Source of the DNA: an uncultured Gemmatimonadaceae bacterium
GTDB taxonomy: Bacteria; Gemmatimonadota; Gemmatimonadetes; Gemmatimonadales; Gemmatimonadaceae
Length of the DNA stretch: 64,000 nt
Direction: 5' to 3'
Assembly (NCBI GenBank): GCA_963740355.1
Contig: CAVUDW010000003.1
Location: 384,001-448,000, forward strand
In this document: positions 32,376-42,693 of the stretch, one piece after another
How the letters are laid out: each line of letters opens with the position of its first letter
Position numbering within the stretch: position 1 is the stretch's first letter
Notes under the pieces: generated by a model
What the model was told of the DNA's origin: nothing
The model's database searches: none
The model's input: the letters and a program-made list of their open reading frames with translations, nothing else
Position numbers and translations under genes: made by a program

Positions 32376-33386
32376 ATGCGCCGATCCTTCCGCACCCTGC
32401 TGTTCACGACCCTGCCGCTGGGATTCCCGTGCGTAGCGCACAGCCAACGGCCTGTCGTCGAGAAACCGGTGCGCGAAGCACAGGAGCCGACGGCCGCGCC
32501 GACACCGCCGGTGCGCGCCACCGCTCCTGCGACTGTGCGCGCCGCGCTGACGACGGCGCCTGCCCCACCGCCGGTTGCCTTGCCGCCGCTCGTGACCCGC
32601 ATCACTGGCATGGAGCTCGTGACGGGTTTCGTCACTGCGGTGCCTGCCAAGATCGTGCACAACGTGACGCGTTGCCCGTTGGGCAAGGTCGTGAGCGGCG
32701 GGTACGCGTACGTCGAGTCATCCGGGCCGAGCGCCGGCGTGCGAATCCTTGGCCGGTATCCTTCGGCTGGCGGCTCCACCTACGAGGCCGACGTGCTTGC
32801 CGATTTGCTGCAAGCCACGTCCACGCTCCACGTGCAGGCCATCTGCATTCCGCGGCCGGACGGCTATACGGTCACGCAGGTGTCACGCACGATCGCCCCC
32901 AGGGAACGGGCGACTATCGACGCGGCCTGTCCAGCGTCGCTGGTGCTGATTGGCGGCGGTGCGTCGACGGAAGAAGGCGTGTACCTCGCCGGTTCATTCC
33001 CGCGCAGTGATGGGCAGGCGTGGTCTGCGTTCGTACGGAGCGATGCAGTAATCGGCGCGAAAACCGTCACCAGCCATGCCATCTGTGCATCGCCGCGTGC
33101 AATACCGGGACGACGTCTCATCTCAACGGCGGGCACCGCGCTCGCAAGCGGCACGGGCCGGTGGCAGGGCCCATTTGCCTGCAGCATGGGGGAGCAGCCG
33201 CTCTCGATCGGCATTGCCAGCAACACAACGCTCATCAACCAGCCGAACCTCAAGCGGGATCCGACGCCGGCACCGACCACGGGCATCCTGTACTGGAATT
33301 CATACATCGAGAACACGGCGCCACGGGGTGACGCGGTCGTGGTCGATGCCCGTCTCGTCGCCATCTGCACGTTGGTCGGGCCGTAA
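32376..33386 (+). CDS. Secreted protein with Pro/Ala linker and three Cys-containing repeats
   Basis: RBS GGAG; signal-like N-terminus; CPLGKVVSGG...AIC, CPASLVLIGGG...AIC, CSMGEQPLSIG...AIC. Confidence 0.7.
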   Translation: MRRSFRTLLFTTLPLGFPCVAHSQRPVVEKPVREAQEPTAAPTPPVRATAPATVRAALTTAPAPPPVALPPLVTRITGMELVTGFVTAVPAKIVHNVTRCPLGKVVSGGYAYVESSGPSAGVRILGRYPSAGGSTYEADVLADLLQATSTLHVQAICIPRPDGYTVTQVSRTIAPRERATIDAACPASLVLIGGGASTEEGVYLAGSFPRSDGQAWSAFVRSDAVIGAKTVTSHAICASPRAIPGRRLISTAGTALASGTGRWQGPFACSMGEQPLSIGIASNTTLINQPNLKRDPTPAPTTGILYWNSYIENTAPRGDAVVVDARLVAICTLVGP

Positions 33387-33458
33387 CGTCCGAGCACCCG
33401 GTGACGCGCACCGCCACGTCGAGCAACTCGACCGACGAGCCGCCGACGGGCGCAGCGT

Positions 33459-34193
33459 TCACTGATGGTGCGTACCCGCCAGTGTTCCGTCAGACCAACT
33501 CGCCACGCCGACGAGGAAGACCATCAGCGGCGGCAGGCCTTTCATCTGGGCTGCCGAGTTCGAACCGAAGAACCAATACGGCGCGCCCATCACCGGCGAG
33601 CCTTCCGCGCCGGCACCCCAGTCCTTTGCCTCCATCGCGGCCGTGAAGAACATGACATGCGGCGTGTTGTGCTCACCTTCGTCGGTGAGGTAGGCCGACT
33701 TCGACATCATGTAATCCATCGCGCCAGCCTCGAGCGCCGGTACCTCACCGCGGGCGTACGCCGCCTTGACTGCCGAGAGCATCTCCGCCTTGGAACTGCC
33801 CGCCATCGCCAACCGGCCACGGATGCGGATGATCGGTAGGATGGAGCGCGCGGCTTGAGGGTTCATGCACTCGGCGGCTCTCACCTGTGGATTCCAGAAC
33901 TCGGGCCAGTCGAACGCCGCCATCCAGCTCCTTCCCACCCAGCAAACAAAGCCGTTCGTGCCCTGCACGGCGGTCGCGTAGCCATTCCTTCCCAACACCA
34001 GGATGCTCGCGTCGCGAGAGATTGCGGCGGGTGCCGCACTTCGCGCGAGCACGATCTCGGCCGTCGAGTCCATCTCGTACCGGTCGATCGGCGCCATCTT
34101 CGGATACGGGTCCGTTTGTGCCGCGCCTCTCGTCGCGGCACAAGCCATGGCGATCACCAGCGTGAGCGCGCAGCGTCGTGTGTGGTTGCTCAT
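33459..34193 (-). CDS. Secreted hypothetical protein
   Basis: ATGA overlap with the SRPBCC gene; signal peptide; EIVLARSAAP, GTNGFVC, YMMSK, PHVMF. Confidence 0.75.
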   Translation of the reverse strand: MSNHTRRCALTLVIAMACAATRGAAQTDPYPKMAPIDRYEMDSTAEIVLARSAAPAAISRDASILVLGRNGYATAVQGTNGFVCWVGRSWMAAFDWPEFWNPQVRAAECMNPQAARSILPIIRIRGRLAMAGSSKAEMLSAVKAAYARGEVPALEAGAMDYMMSKSAYLTDEGEHNTPHVMFFTAAMEAKDWGAGAEGSPVMGAPYWFFGSNSAAQMKGLPPLMVFLVGVASWSDGTLAGTHHQ

Positions 34194-35017
34194 GCGCTCG
34201 GGTGCTCCGATCCAGCCGGCTGCGGGAAGCACGTATGCATCCACGTTTCCCACTGCGGTATTTCCCGGGCGATGGTCGCTTCCGCGTCATCGCCGTATTC
34301 GTAGAAGGTGAAGCCCGCCATCACCATGTCGCCGAACGAAATGGTGCCGAGCGCGGCGATCCCGGCGCCAGGTGCGTCGAGCCGCAGGAGCGCGCCGAAG
34401 GGCTGGTCGCTCATGTATTCCACGACGCCGCTGAGCATCGGCACACCAGCCGGCGCAGTCCACCGCTCCCCTTCTCGCACGCGGTCGAGTCCGAGCGCGG
34501 TGGTGAGCGTGCTCCACGCCTCCGCAGCCGTTCCGGGCACGGGCGTCATCACCTTGCCGATCGCGGAACGCTGCCCACGAAAGTGCGCGAGATAGAGGCG
34601 CAGGATGCGGATGATTCCGGGCCAGCCTTCTTCGGCGCCGGTCAGCTGTCCGTCCCAGTCGTCCGTGGTTGAAAAGAGGCTCTGCACCACCCGCACAACG
34701 CACACGCCGCCCGCGCGCGCTTCGATGTGGAACTCTGCGGCAATCGGCGGCGAGCCCGGCACCCAGCCTGGCCCCTCTCTGGTGAACAGGTGCGGCGGAT
34801 TCCACGCCGTCACCGAGTGGCGGAATACCATCCCGCCGCCGAAGTCGAGGTTGACTGCGACGGGCTTTCCCCCCGCCTCCTCGAACCTGGCTGGCACGAA
34901 CCAGGCCGACATACCGGGCCCGGTGGCGAGGGCCTGCCAGACGTCATCCGGCGTGCCGGGGAGCTCAATTTCGAAATCGATGAAATGGCGTCCGGACGAA
35001 TCCTTCTTTACGCTCAT
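34190..35017 (-). CDS. SRPBCC (AHSA1-like) domain protein
   Basis: EIELPGTPDDVWQALATGPGMSAWF, VTAWNPP, EEGWP. Confidence 0.85.
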   Translation of the reverse strand: MSVKKDSSGRHFIDFEIELPGTPDDVWQALATGPGMSAWFVPARFEEAGGKPVAVNLDFGGGMVFRHSVTAWNPPHLFTREGPGWVPGSPPIAAEFHIEARAGGVCVVRVVQSLFSTTDDWDGQLTGAEEGWPGIIRILRLYLAHFRGQRSAIGKVMTPVPGTAAEAWSTLTTALGLDRVREGERWTAPAGVPMLSGVVEYMSDQPFGALLRLDAPGAGIAALGTISFGDMVMAGFTFYEYGDDAEATIAREIPQWETWMHTCFPQPAGSEHPSA

Positions 35018-35616
35018 TGTAGCTCCATTGGCTTGGCCTGTTGTGGGAGGGGGTGTGCGACGACGACCAGGCGATGTGCGCGGCCTCCGATGGCGGATGG
35101 ATCGTGGTACTTCGCGACGAGCGTGGCGATGGCGTCGGTGAGTTCATGGCTGAACGCCGCGCGCTCCGCTGGCGAGCGAAAGCGGACTTCCGTATCCACC
35201 GCGAGGGTGGCGAGGCGCTTGCCGGAGTCGTCGGCGCGACGCACGAGGTTGCCGAGTTCGCGCACGAGTCGCGCGCCGAGCGCGATGAGGTAGCTCGCCG
35301 ACAGTCGATCCACCTCGCGATCCGGATCGACGGCTGCGCGTCCCATGGCGCTCGGCGACACGACATAAGACGCGGCCGACGCGACGAGCAGTCGCTCCGT
35401 GAGCCCGCCCCACTTCCGTTCCTCGGCGAGTCGTACGAGGCCGTGCGCCTCGAGCGCGTTCAGGTGGTAGTTGACCTTCTGCCGTGTCAGGCCGACTCGC
35501 GTGGCGAGCGTCGCCGCGGAGGCGGGGACAGCCAGCTCGGCGAGGAGTCGGCTTCGCATAGGGTCGAGGGCGACCGTGGCGGCCGAGGGATCGTCGATGA
35601 CCTGGATATCGCGCAT
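35014..35616 (-). CDS. ArsR-like winged-helix transcriptional regulator
   Basis: LDPMRSRLLAEL..PASAATLA.RVGLTRQKVNYHL. Confidence 0.88.
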   Translation of the reverse strand: MRDIQVIDDPSAATVALDPMRSRLLAELAVPASAATLATRVGLTRQKVNYHLNALEAHGLVRLAEERKWGGLTERLLVASAASYVVSPSAMGRAAVDPDREVDRLSASYLIALGARLVRELGNLVRRADDSGKRLATLAVDTEVRFRSPAERAAFSHELTDAIATLVAKYHDPSAIGGRAHRLVVVAHPLPQQAKPMELQ

Positions 35617-35622
35617 GGCCAG

Positions 35623-35653
35623 ATGCTAGCCTTGACAACTTTTCTTGTCAAGG
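35623..35653 (-). promoter_or_regulatory. sigma70 promoter with perfect 9-bp operator IR
   Basis: TTGACA-17-TAGCAT on minus; CCTTGACAA-N6-TTGTCAAGG at 35630-35653. Confidence 0.8.
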
Positions 35654-35679
35654 GCAGTTACGGGCGGTTTCGACAGCAC

Positions 35680-36080
35680 CAACGCTGTCCATACGGTCGA
35701 GCGATGGTGTGACCAACCCTGTGCAGCTGCCACCAGGTGCGAAGCGCGGATCGGCTTCGTGAAGAACACGGTGTGGTCGAGCATCTCGCCACTCCAGTCA
35801 CGGGCGATCGCAGGATCCACGCTCAGCGCAACGACGGGCAATCGGCCGTCAATGGCGCGAATCGCCTATGCGAGACACTTGCCGTCGAAGTCCAGGAGAT
35901 CGAGATCAGTCACCAACACGGAAATCCGTCGACCCGCGCCTCTTTCCGTCCGGAAGCTCGCAAGGGCCTCGGCCGACGTCCCCGCCGTCAGCGCGCGCCA
36001 TCCGTCTCGTTCAAACGCGCGAGCGGCCCACGCGAGAATCGTTGGAGACAGTGTCGGCAGCGCGCCGACGCTGTGCACCT
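35680..36080 (-). pseudogene. Degenerate single-domain response regulator with in-frame TAG
   Basis: ISVLVTDLDLLDFDGKCLA*AIRAIDGRLPVVALS...FFTKP in one frame; stop at 35866-35868; ends approximate. Confidence 0.7.
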
Positions 36081-36103
36081 CCCCGTCGCACTTACTAACG
36101 ACC

Positions 36104-39090
36104 CTACGCCGCCGGCTGAATCGCCGCGACGAGCTGGTGGACACGCAGGACCAGTTCACTTGTCGCGAACGGCTTTGCCACAAACAGGCGAGGCGTCGTC
36201 GTCGGCCAGTCGTCGGGCAAGGCCACATCCAGCTGGCCTGACATGAACAGCACCGGCACGTCGATCCGCTCCTGCTGGAGGGCATCAACGAGTTCGATCC
36301 CGCTCATACCGGGCATCCGTACGTCGGTCACGACCGCCTGCACACCGTGTCCGGCGGCGCGCAACAGCGCGAGCGCCGCAGGGCCTCCATCCGCAACCAG
36401 CACGGTGAAGCCGGCGCGCGTGAGCACTTGCGCCACGATCTTGCGGACGATGTCTTCGTCGTCCACCACCAACACACGGATGTGTCTTGCGGCGTCCTCG
36501 GGTTGGGCACCCTTCGGGATCTCCGCCGAGCTCAGAACATCCGGTGACTGGGGAACCGCAACCTGTGTCAACGGCGTCAACGAGACGGTGCGCGCGGTCT
36601 CGACCGCGGCCAGTAGATCGTGAAGATGGACCCCACGCCGACCGTGCTGGAAACACGCACCGAACCGCGCGCCTGCTGCACGATCCCGAGCAGGGTGGCC
36701 AGACCGAGCCCAGTGCCTTTTCCCTGCGCCTTGGTCGTGAAGAACGGATCGAACAGTTTTGTCAGGACCTCGTCGGTCATTCCTGTGCCCGCGTCGCGCA
36801 CAGACAGTGTGACGTACGATCCCGCCTCCAACACGCCGTGCGGATGGTGGACCGCTTCGTCGAGCGTCGCGACGTCGCACTCGACGCGCACGGTGCCGCC
36901 ATGCGGCATCGCATCACGCGCATTGACGATGAGGTTGTACACGACCTGCTCGATCTGCGCCGCTTCCGCCTCGACCAGCGCGACGTTCGCGGCCTCTGCG
37001 CATGTCAGTTCGACCGTCACGTCGGTCCCGGCGAGGCGACTGAGCAGGGGATAGGTGCGACGAAGCAACGCCGGGATGTGGAGTCGTTCCGGTACGCTGT
37101 GCTGACGGCGCGCGAACGTCAGCAGTTGCGCGGTCAGGTTCGCGGCGCGCTCCGTGGCCAGACCGATGTCGTCGAGCATGCCAGCACGGTCTCGATCCCC
37201 CGCCACCCGCTCGCGCAGGATCTCGCTCGAACTTTGAATGACCGTCAGCAGACTTGTTGAAGTCGTGCGCGACGCCGCTCGCCATCCGGCCGAGCGCATC
37301 CATTTTCTGGGCATGACGCAGCTGCTCCTCGAGGGCGCGGCGCTCCGTCACGTCACGGGCAGCGACCTGATAGCCAATCACGGTACCATCGTCGTCCAGC
37401 ACCTGCGTCGATTTCGCCTCCAGCCAGACGTAGTGCCCAGCCTTGTGACGCACGCGTGCCAGGGTATGCGCCGCGCCAGTACCTGCGAGCAACGTCGGCA
37501 GGTGGTCGACGCTTTCCGGGTGCCTAAACTCGCTGGCCAACCTGCCCTCCATCTCCGCTGGGGTCCAGCCAAGGACCGCTTCGTGCGACGGGCTGACGTA
37601 TTCCAGCACGTGAGTCGTCGACCTCCGCGTGATCAGGTCGGCGCTGTGCTCTGCCAGCATGCGATACCGTCGCTCGCTCTCCGCCAGTCGGTCAGCCGAC
37701 AGCCGTGACGCGGTGATGTCAGCGAAGGTGGTCTCAACCGCATAGGGAGTGGTCTCATCCGCATGGATGAGCGGCATGGAGGTCGCGAGCACCCAAACGC
37801 GATCAGCGGTCGGGCGCTCGATGCCCATGACACGCGTCGCGGCTGCGCCGCTGCGGAGTGCCTGCACCGAGGGGTGATCATCGGCGGTCAGCGACGTGCC
37901 GGCTTCGTCAATGATTCGCCACATCGGGTCGTATGAGGTGCGGCCGGCGAGCTGGTCACCCGTCAGGCCCAGAATCCGCTCGGCTGCGGGATCCACACCA
38001 GGATCTGCTGATCGCGATCCTGCAGCACCACGCCTTCGGCCATCGCATCCAGCAGCGCCCGGAAGCGCCCTTCACTGGCCGCGTACGCGTGCTCCACGGC
38101 CAAACGCGCCGTCAGATCGCGCACGACAATCTCGCTGGCCGGTTGTGCGTCGTACGTCACGTGCGCCGCGCGCACCTCGACGTGAACGATGGCGTCGTCG
38201 TGGCGGACCAGGCGGCGCCGCGTGGGACTGAGAGTCAGCCCCGCTACATCCCGCGACCGGAAGCGCGCGCCGGCCTCTGGCTGTTCCTCAGGATGCAGGA
38301 ACGTGAGCAGGGATCGCCCGATGATGTCAGTACCCTGCGCGAATCCCAGGAGGGCCGCGGCTGCCGTGTTGGCGTACACGATCTGTTCGCCAACGCGCAC
38401 GACCACGCCGTCCGGGTTGTCCTCCGCGAGTGCGTGCCGCTGCGCGCTGAGCGTGGTGATGGTGCGCATTTCATGTCGCGTCGAACCGACGGCCCAGAAG
38501 CCGATCACCACGGCGATCAGCAGCGCGGCGAGCAGGGCGAGAATGCGCACGGTGCTTGACCGGTCCTGTGTGGCCGTCCGTTGCGCGAGGAGGGTGCGTT
38601 CCGTGTATTCAAGCGAGTCGAGCAAGGCCATCACGGCGCGGCGATGCGCGACCACGCCGGTGGTCGCGAAGGCTGCGCTCGCAGCATCCGGCGCCACGCG
38701 ACGTGCCTGCAGGATTTCCGCGCGAGCGCTATCGAGTCCGCGCAATCGCACCGCGGCACCACGGAGACGTGCCGCTTGCTGTTCGTTGTCACCGGTGAGC
38801 TGCGTGAGCTGAGTCAACCCGTTGTGCGCGTCTGCTTCGTTGCGCCGGAAGAGCGCGAGCGCCTCGGTATCCAGCGTGACGAGATACGCGTTCAGATTGC
38901 CTTGGGACGATGCGACAGCCGTCCGCACCGCCAAAACATGCTCGAGGACTTCGTGCGTATGTTCGACGAGGCGCGTGGCAGCCCGCTCGCTGCGCGTCCC
39001 CCACCACCCGACGGCCGCCGAGACCGCCAGCAACGTACCCATGCCGGCGAGGGCAAGCGACGTGCGACGCAACAGGCGTGACGGGGCCAT
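36104..39090 (-). CDS. Hybrid histidine kinase CHASE3-PAS(x3)-HisKA-HATPase-REC (three frameshifts)
   Basis: VEHTHEVL CHASE3, PAS domains, QKMDALGRMASGVAHDFN, NARDAM, DPFFTTK..GKGTGLGL, VLVVDDE; single-base indels near 37993, 37251 and 36610. Confidence 0.88.
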
Positions 39091-39237
39091 CAGTGGCACG
39101 AGACCATCTCAGCGAATGGGTAAACACCGGTGGGCGAGGCACCGGTTGCGGTTCTCCTCACGCCCACTCGCGAATTCGTCCGACCGAACAGGCCCGTCTG
39201 GTAGTCTTGGCGGCGCTACCAAGCAACATATCCTCGG

Positions 39238-39501
39238 AATCCGGTGACAGTGCACACATTGCGGAGATATGCTGTTTCGGTGACACTTGCCCACCGAGAG
39301 CCGCGGACCAATTCCAAAAAATCCGGTGACAGTGCACTCATTGCGGAGATATGCTGTTTCGGTGACACGTGCCTACCGAGAGCCGCGGACCAATTTCGCT
39401 CGGGCAGCCGACGACGAGCCTGTGTGTCGCGAGCGGCCCGAGTGTCACCGCATGGCGCCGTGCCCATCAACAAATGGCAATGAGTGCACTGTCACCGGAT
39501 T
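39238..39501. repeat. Composite repeat: two tandem 76-bp units plus an inverted junction motif
   Basis: Units 39238-39313 and 39320-39395 (3 mismatches, 82-bp period) each start with AATCCGGTGACAGTGCAC(A/T)CATT; inverted copy at 39479-39501. Confidence 0.9.
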
Positions 39502-40170
39502 CCCCGGGACCTGGCTGATGCCGGCGGCCAGCCACGCCTTCACGATGGAGAGGCTCTCCGCGCTCATGCCATGCCCCATCGCCAACTCGTGGTAGGTGAG
39601 TGCAACCGGGAATCGGCTCACCTCATCGCGCGCCCACCGTGCCAGGTGCACGCCCAGCTTGTCATCCGCCGACCCGTGGACGATGAGTAGTGGCTTCCCC
39701 CGCAATGCATCCGAGGCGGCCGCATGCGGCAAGACCTCTGGCAGCAGTCGCCCGCTCATCACTACCGCGCCAGCAACCTTCTCAGGCGCCGTGAGCAGCG
39801 TGGCCAACGCCATGATGCCGCCCTGGCTGAAGCCCGCGAGGAAGACGCGCGCCGGATCCGCATCGTACGTCGCCACGGCCTCGTCGATGAACTGCGCCAG
39901 ATACCGCCACCCCGCTTCCGCTTCGGCCGCCACGATCACCGGTCCCTGCGCCGTGAAGCTGACGTGAAACCACCCGTAAGCATTGGGCCCGAGTACGAGT
40001 GGTGACCGCACGCTGACGACGATGAATCGGCCGTCGAACTCGGGCGCGAGTTGCGCCATTTGCGCTTCGTTCGCACCAACACCGTGCAGAAGGATCAGCA
40101 ACGGCGGACGCTCGCCCTGTGCCAGTGCACCAGGCTCCGGCGCACGCGTGGTGTGGATCAATGTCGTCAT
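39445..40170 (-). CDS. Phospholipase/carboxylesterase (alpha/beta hydrolase)
   Basis: LLHGVG, GFSQG, VHGSADD, MGH; C-terminus reads into the repeat. Confidence 0.9.
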   Translation of the reverse strand: MTTLIHTTRAPEPGALAQGERPPLLILLHGVGANEAQMAQLAPEFDGRFIVVSVRSPLVLGPNAYGWFHVSFTAQGPVIVAAEAEAGWRYLAQFIDEAVATYDADPARVFLAGFSQGGIMALATLLTAPEKVAGAVVMSGRLLPEVLPHAAASDALRGKPLLIVHGSADDKLGVHLARWARDEVSRFPVALTYHELAMGHGMSAESLSIVKAWLAAGISQVPGNPVTVHSLPFVDGHGAMR

Positions 40171-40283
40171 ATCGATGTCACGCTGAGGATGATGCGCGTT
40201 TTGCGATGCGGCGTGCGCATCGCGACGCGCGCGCACACCGGCGGGACAGATGCCGCGTCGGTGTGCACCGGAATCCGTTCAAT

Positions 40284-40650
40284 TCACTTCGCGAGGCCGA
40301 GCTGCTTCATGAACTCACCGCTGTCCCAGAACAGCCGCTCGTGATCCATCGTCCCGTTGGTCCAGTGTGCGATGGTCGCCATCGGCAGGGCAAATCGATT
40401 GCCGGTCGGCTGAATGAACTTGCCCTCACCGATGGGCATGGGCCGTGAGAAGGTGCCGGTCATCACACCCGTCACTGACGTCCACTCACCCGATCCGAAG
40501 CGGATCGGATGCACCTTGATCTCGATGTCCGGTGCGTACACGAACATCGCCTTGAGATCGTCGATGTGCCGATCGATCCCTCGCGTCTCATGTCCATCGG
40601 GCCATGTGACGATGATGTCCTTGCCGTGACTTCCATGCAGGCGATCCCAG
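40284..40650 (-). pseudogene. 5'-truncated SnoaL-like ester cyclase
   Basis: WDRLHGSHGKDIIVTWPDG...FWDSGEFMKQLGL; no start codon, N-terminus replaced by a microsatellite. Confidence 0.7.
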
Positions 40651-40684
40651 CGTGTCGTGTCGTGTCGTGCGTGTCGTGTCGTGC
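40651..40684. repeat. (CGTGT)n microsatellite
   Basis: cgtgtcgtgtcgtgtcgtgcgtgtcgtgtcgtgc. Confidence 0.85.
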
Positions 40685-40698
40685 GGTGTTGTTCGTGC

Positions 40699-41172
40699 TC
40701 AGGCGGCTTGCCGCACGGCGTGCGCAGCCGCGTCGTGCGCGGCCGGATTTGCACGACGCGCAGCGACCAGCGCATCCAGCGAGAAGCGCCCGGCGCCCGT
40801 GACAGCGAGTGCCGCCGTCGATGCCAGCAGGACCAGCGGGAACTCGATGCCGGTCGGCGCGAAGAAGCCGCCAGCGAGGTGCACGAAGCCGATGGCGCCC
40901 AGAATCGTGACCGCGAGGCCGACGCCCGCGATGCGAGTGAGCAGGCCGGCGATGAGTGCCAGGCCGCCGAGCAGTTCCACCGCGCCGGTGAGCGGTCCCG
41001 CGATGTGTGGGAGCGGCACACCCATCTGTCCGAAGGCGCCGGTCACGCCGGGGATGCCGTAGATGAACAGCTTCTGGAAACCGTGCGCGGCGAAGACGGC
41101 ACCCGCGCCAGCGCGGACGATGGCGAGGCCGATGTCAGCGCGCAGTGTCTGGGATGTGGAATTGGTGTGCAT
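40699..41172 (-). CDS. DoxX family membrane protein
   Basis: HGFQKLF, ELLGGLALIAGLLTR, GIEF, GAGRFSLD. Confidence 0.93.
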   Translation of the reverse strand: MHTNSTSQTLRADIGLAIVRAGAGAVFAAHGFQKLFIYGIPGVTGAFGQMGVPLPHIAGPLTGAVELLGGLALIAGLLTRIAGVGLAVTILGAIGFVHLAGGFFAPTGIEFPLVLLASTAALAVTGAGRFSLDALVAARRANPAAHDAAAHAVRQAA

Positions 41173-41256
41173 GTGATGCTCCGGAGAATGAAGAGGGCGG
41201 ACGAACGGAAGGAAGTTTTAACGCTCGGTGTTGTAACACCTACCAACGCAAATGAA

Positions 41257-41721
41257 TCAGGGTCGATCCCGTGCCTGACTGAGCAGCTCGACCAGCGTGC
41301 GGAGCTGTGACGCGCTCAGGTGGGCGAACTGTCGCGCATGCACCTGCGCGACCTCCGCGTCGAGCGCGGAGACCAGCCGCATGCCAGCCTCGGTGAGCGT
41401 CGTGTTCACCAGGCGTCGGTCCGTCGTGCTGCGCACCCGACGGATCAGGCCCAACGCTTCCATGCGGTCCAGCAGGCGGGAGGCATCAGGCATGCGCGTG
41501 ATGAGTCGGTCACGGATCTCGTTTCGGCAGAGCCCGTTGTCCCCCGCCCCACGCAGCACCCGCAGGACGTTGTACTGGTTCAGCGAGAGCTCGTGCGGAG
41601 CCAGCACGGGGTCGAGCTCGCCCTGTAACACGGCGGCCGTTCGCGCCACGCTCAGAAACGCCTCCTGCTGGAGACTGTCGAAGGGTTTCCCCTGCCGCAG
41701 ATCGGTGCTGAGCGATGGCAT
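41257..41721 (-). CDS. MarR family transcriptional regulator
   Basis: QYNVLRVLRGA, PDASRLLDRME, DRRLV..TLTEAG; start at ATG 41721. Confidence 0.92.
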   Translation of the reverse strand: MPSLSTDLRQGKPFDSLQQEAFLSVARTAAVLQGELDPVLAPHELSLNQYNVLRVLRGAGDNGLCRNEIRDRLITRMPDASRLLDRMEALGLIRRVRSTTDRRLVNTTLTEAGMRLVSALDAEVAQVHARQFAHLSASQLRTLVELLSQARDRP

Positions 41722-41727
41722 GACCCA

Positions 41728-41756
41728 ATTATAGGAGTTGAAACACTGAATGTCAA
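41728..41756 (-). promoter_or_regulatory. Perfect consensus sigma70 promoter
   Basis: TTGACA (41756-41751), 17 bp, TATAAT (41733-41728). Confidence 0.9.
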
Positions 41757-41799
41757 GACTCCCACAACTGGGGCGCGCGCGTACGGGCGCGCGTTGTCC

Positions 41800-41945
41800 C
41801 ACGGCGATTGGTTGGGCGAATCCCGCACCAGGTTCATACAGCACCACGGCGCCGCGGAACGCCGAGTCCATGGCGTAACGGCCCACGATGGCACCGCCAT
41901 ATGAGTGCCCGAAGAGATCCAGCGGCACACCGACCTGCCGTGCGC
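41800..41945 (-). pseudogene. Internal fragment of an alpha/beta hydrolase
   Basis: VPLDLFGHSYGGAIV...AVVLYEP nucleophile-elbow segment only. Confidence 0.6.
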
Positions 41946-41961
41946 GGTTCAGGCGACGCGA

Positions 41962-42693
41962 TCAGGGACTGACTCGCACGTTGCGGAAATACGCGACCGT
42001 GCCGGCGTCGATCCACAACGCGATCGCGCCACGTCCGCGTGGGCCGGACTTCACGTCGCTCACGACGAGCGTGGGTTGCGCCTGCCCATGCACGAACAGG
42101 CGAGCGGTGTCACCACGTACCTCGATGCGGATGCGGGTCCACGCGTCAGGCACCAGATCGACGTACGCTTCATAGCGTCCCGGCGTCTCGGTGCGCATAC
42201 GATTCCAAGTCCAGTCCGGGTGCGAGATGTACTGCACGGCATGGTTGCGCCGCTCCTGATCCGACGCACGACCATTGGTCGGGCGAAGGTAGAATGCGTC
42301 GTACGTGCGCAGGTCGGGCTGCACGCGGAACGCGATGCCGACGAAGCCGCGCGCACCCGGAGGCGCGTCGGGCGCTGGAGCTCCCGCGATCTCCGCCTCG
42401 ATGATCCCGTCCGCAAATTCGGACCCCTCGATCACCGCCAGCCGGTCGAACTGCGACTGCTGCTCAATCGGGAGTGACGCGATGTTGCGCTGTGTCTCGT
42501 CGGACGTGCGGAGACGCACACCGCGCTTCCCGGCATGCATCACCGACGCCGCTGTGAGGCGGTGCAACGTGAGACCGGCGGTTGACTCCACGGCGTACTG
42601 CCGCGTCGGCGCCCCCTGCGCCTCAGCGCTTTGTACGCCCGCCAGGGCAGCAGTGGCCGCGAGCATCGCGACGATGGTTTGTGTGCGTGTCAT
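41962..42693 (-). CDS. Secreted DUF1080-like (ConA/LamG-type) protein
   Basis: Signal peptide; FADGIIEAEI, GFVGIAFRV, FYLRPTNGR, YFRNVRV. Confidence 0.7.
   Translation of the reverse strand: MTRTQTIVAMLAATAALAGVQSAEAQGAPTRQYAVESTAGLTLHRLTAASVMHAGKRGVRLRTSDETQRNIASLPIEQQSQFDRLAVIEGSEFADGIIEAEIAGAPAPDAPPGARGFVGIAFRVQPDLRTYDAFYLRPTNGRASDQERRNHAVQYISHPDWTWNRMRTETPGRYEAYVDLVPDAWTRIRIEVRGDTARLFVHGQAQPTLVVSDVKSGPRGRGAIALWIDAGTVAYFRNVRVSP

Noticed and set aside
39238..39395. CRISPR array
   Set aside because: Only two units, the would-be spacers are nearly identical, and there are no cas genes.
41722..41928. Hydrolase-MarR fusion implied by ORF 41257..41928
   Set aside because: A perfect promoter lies inside the extension; the upstream part is an unrelated in-frame remnant.
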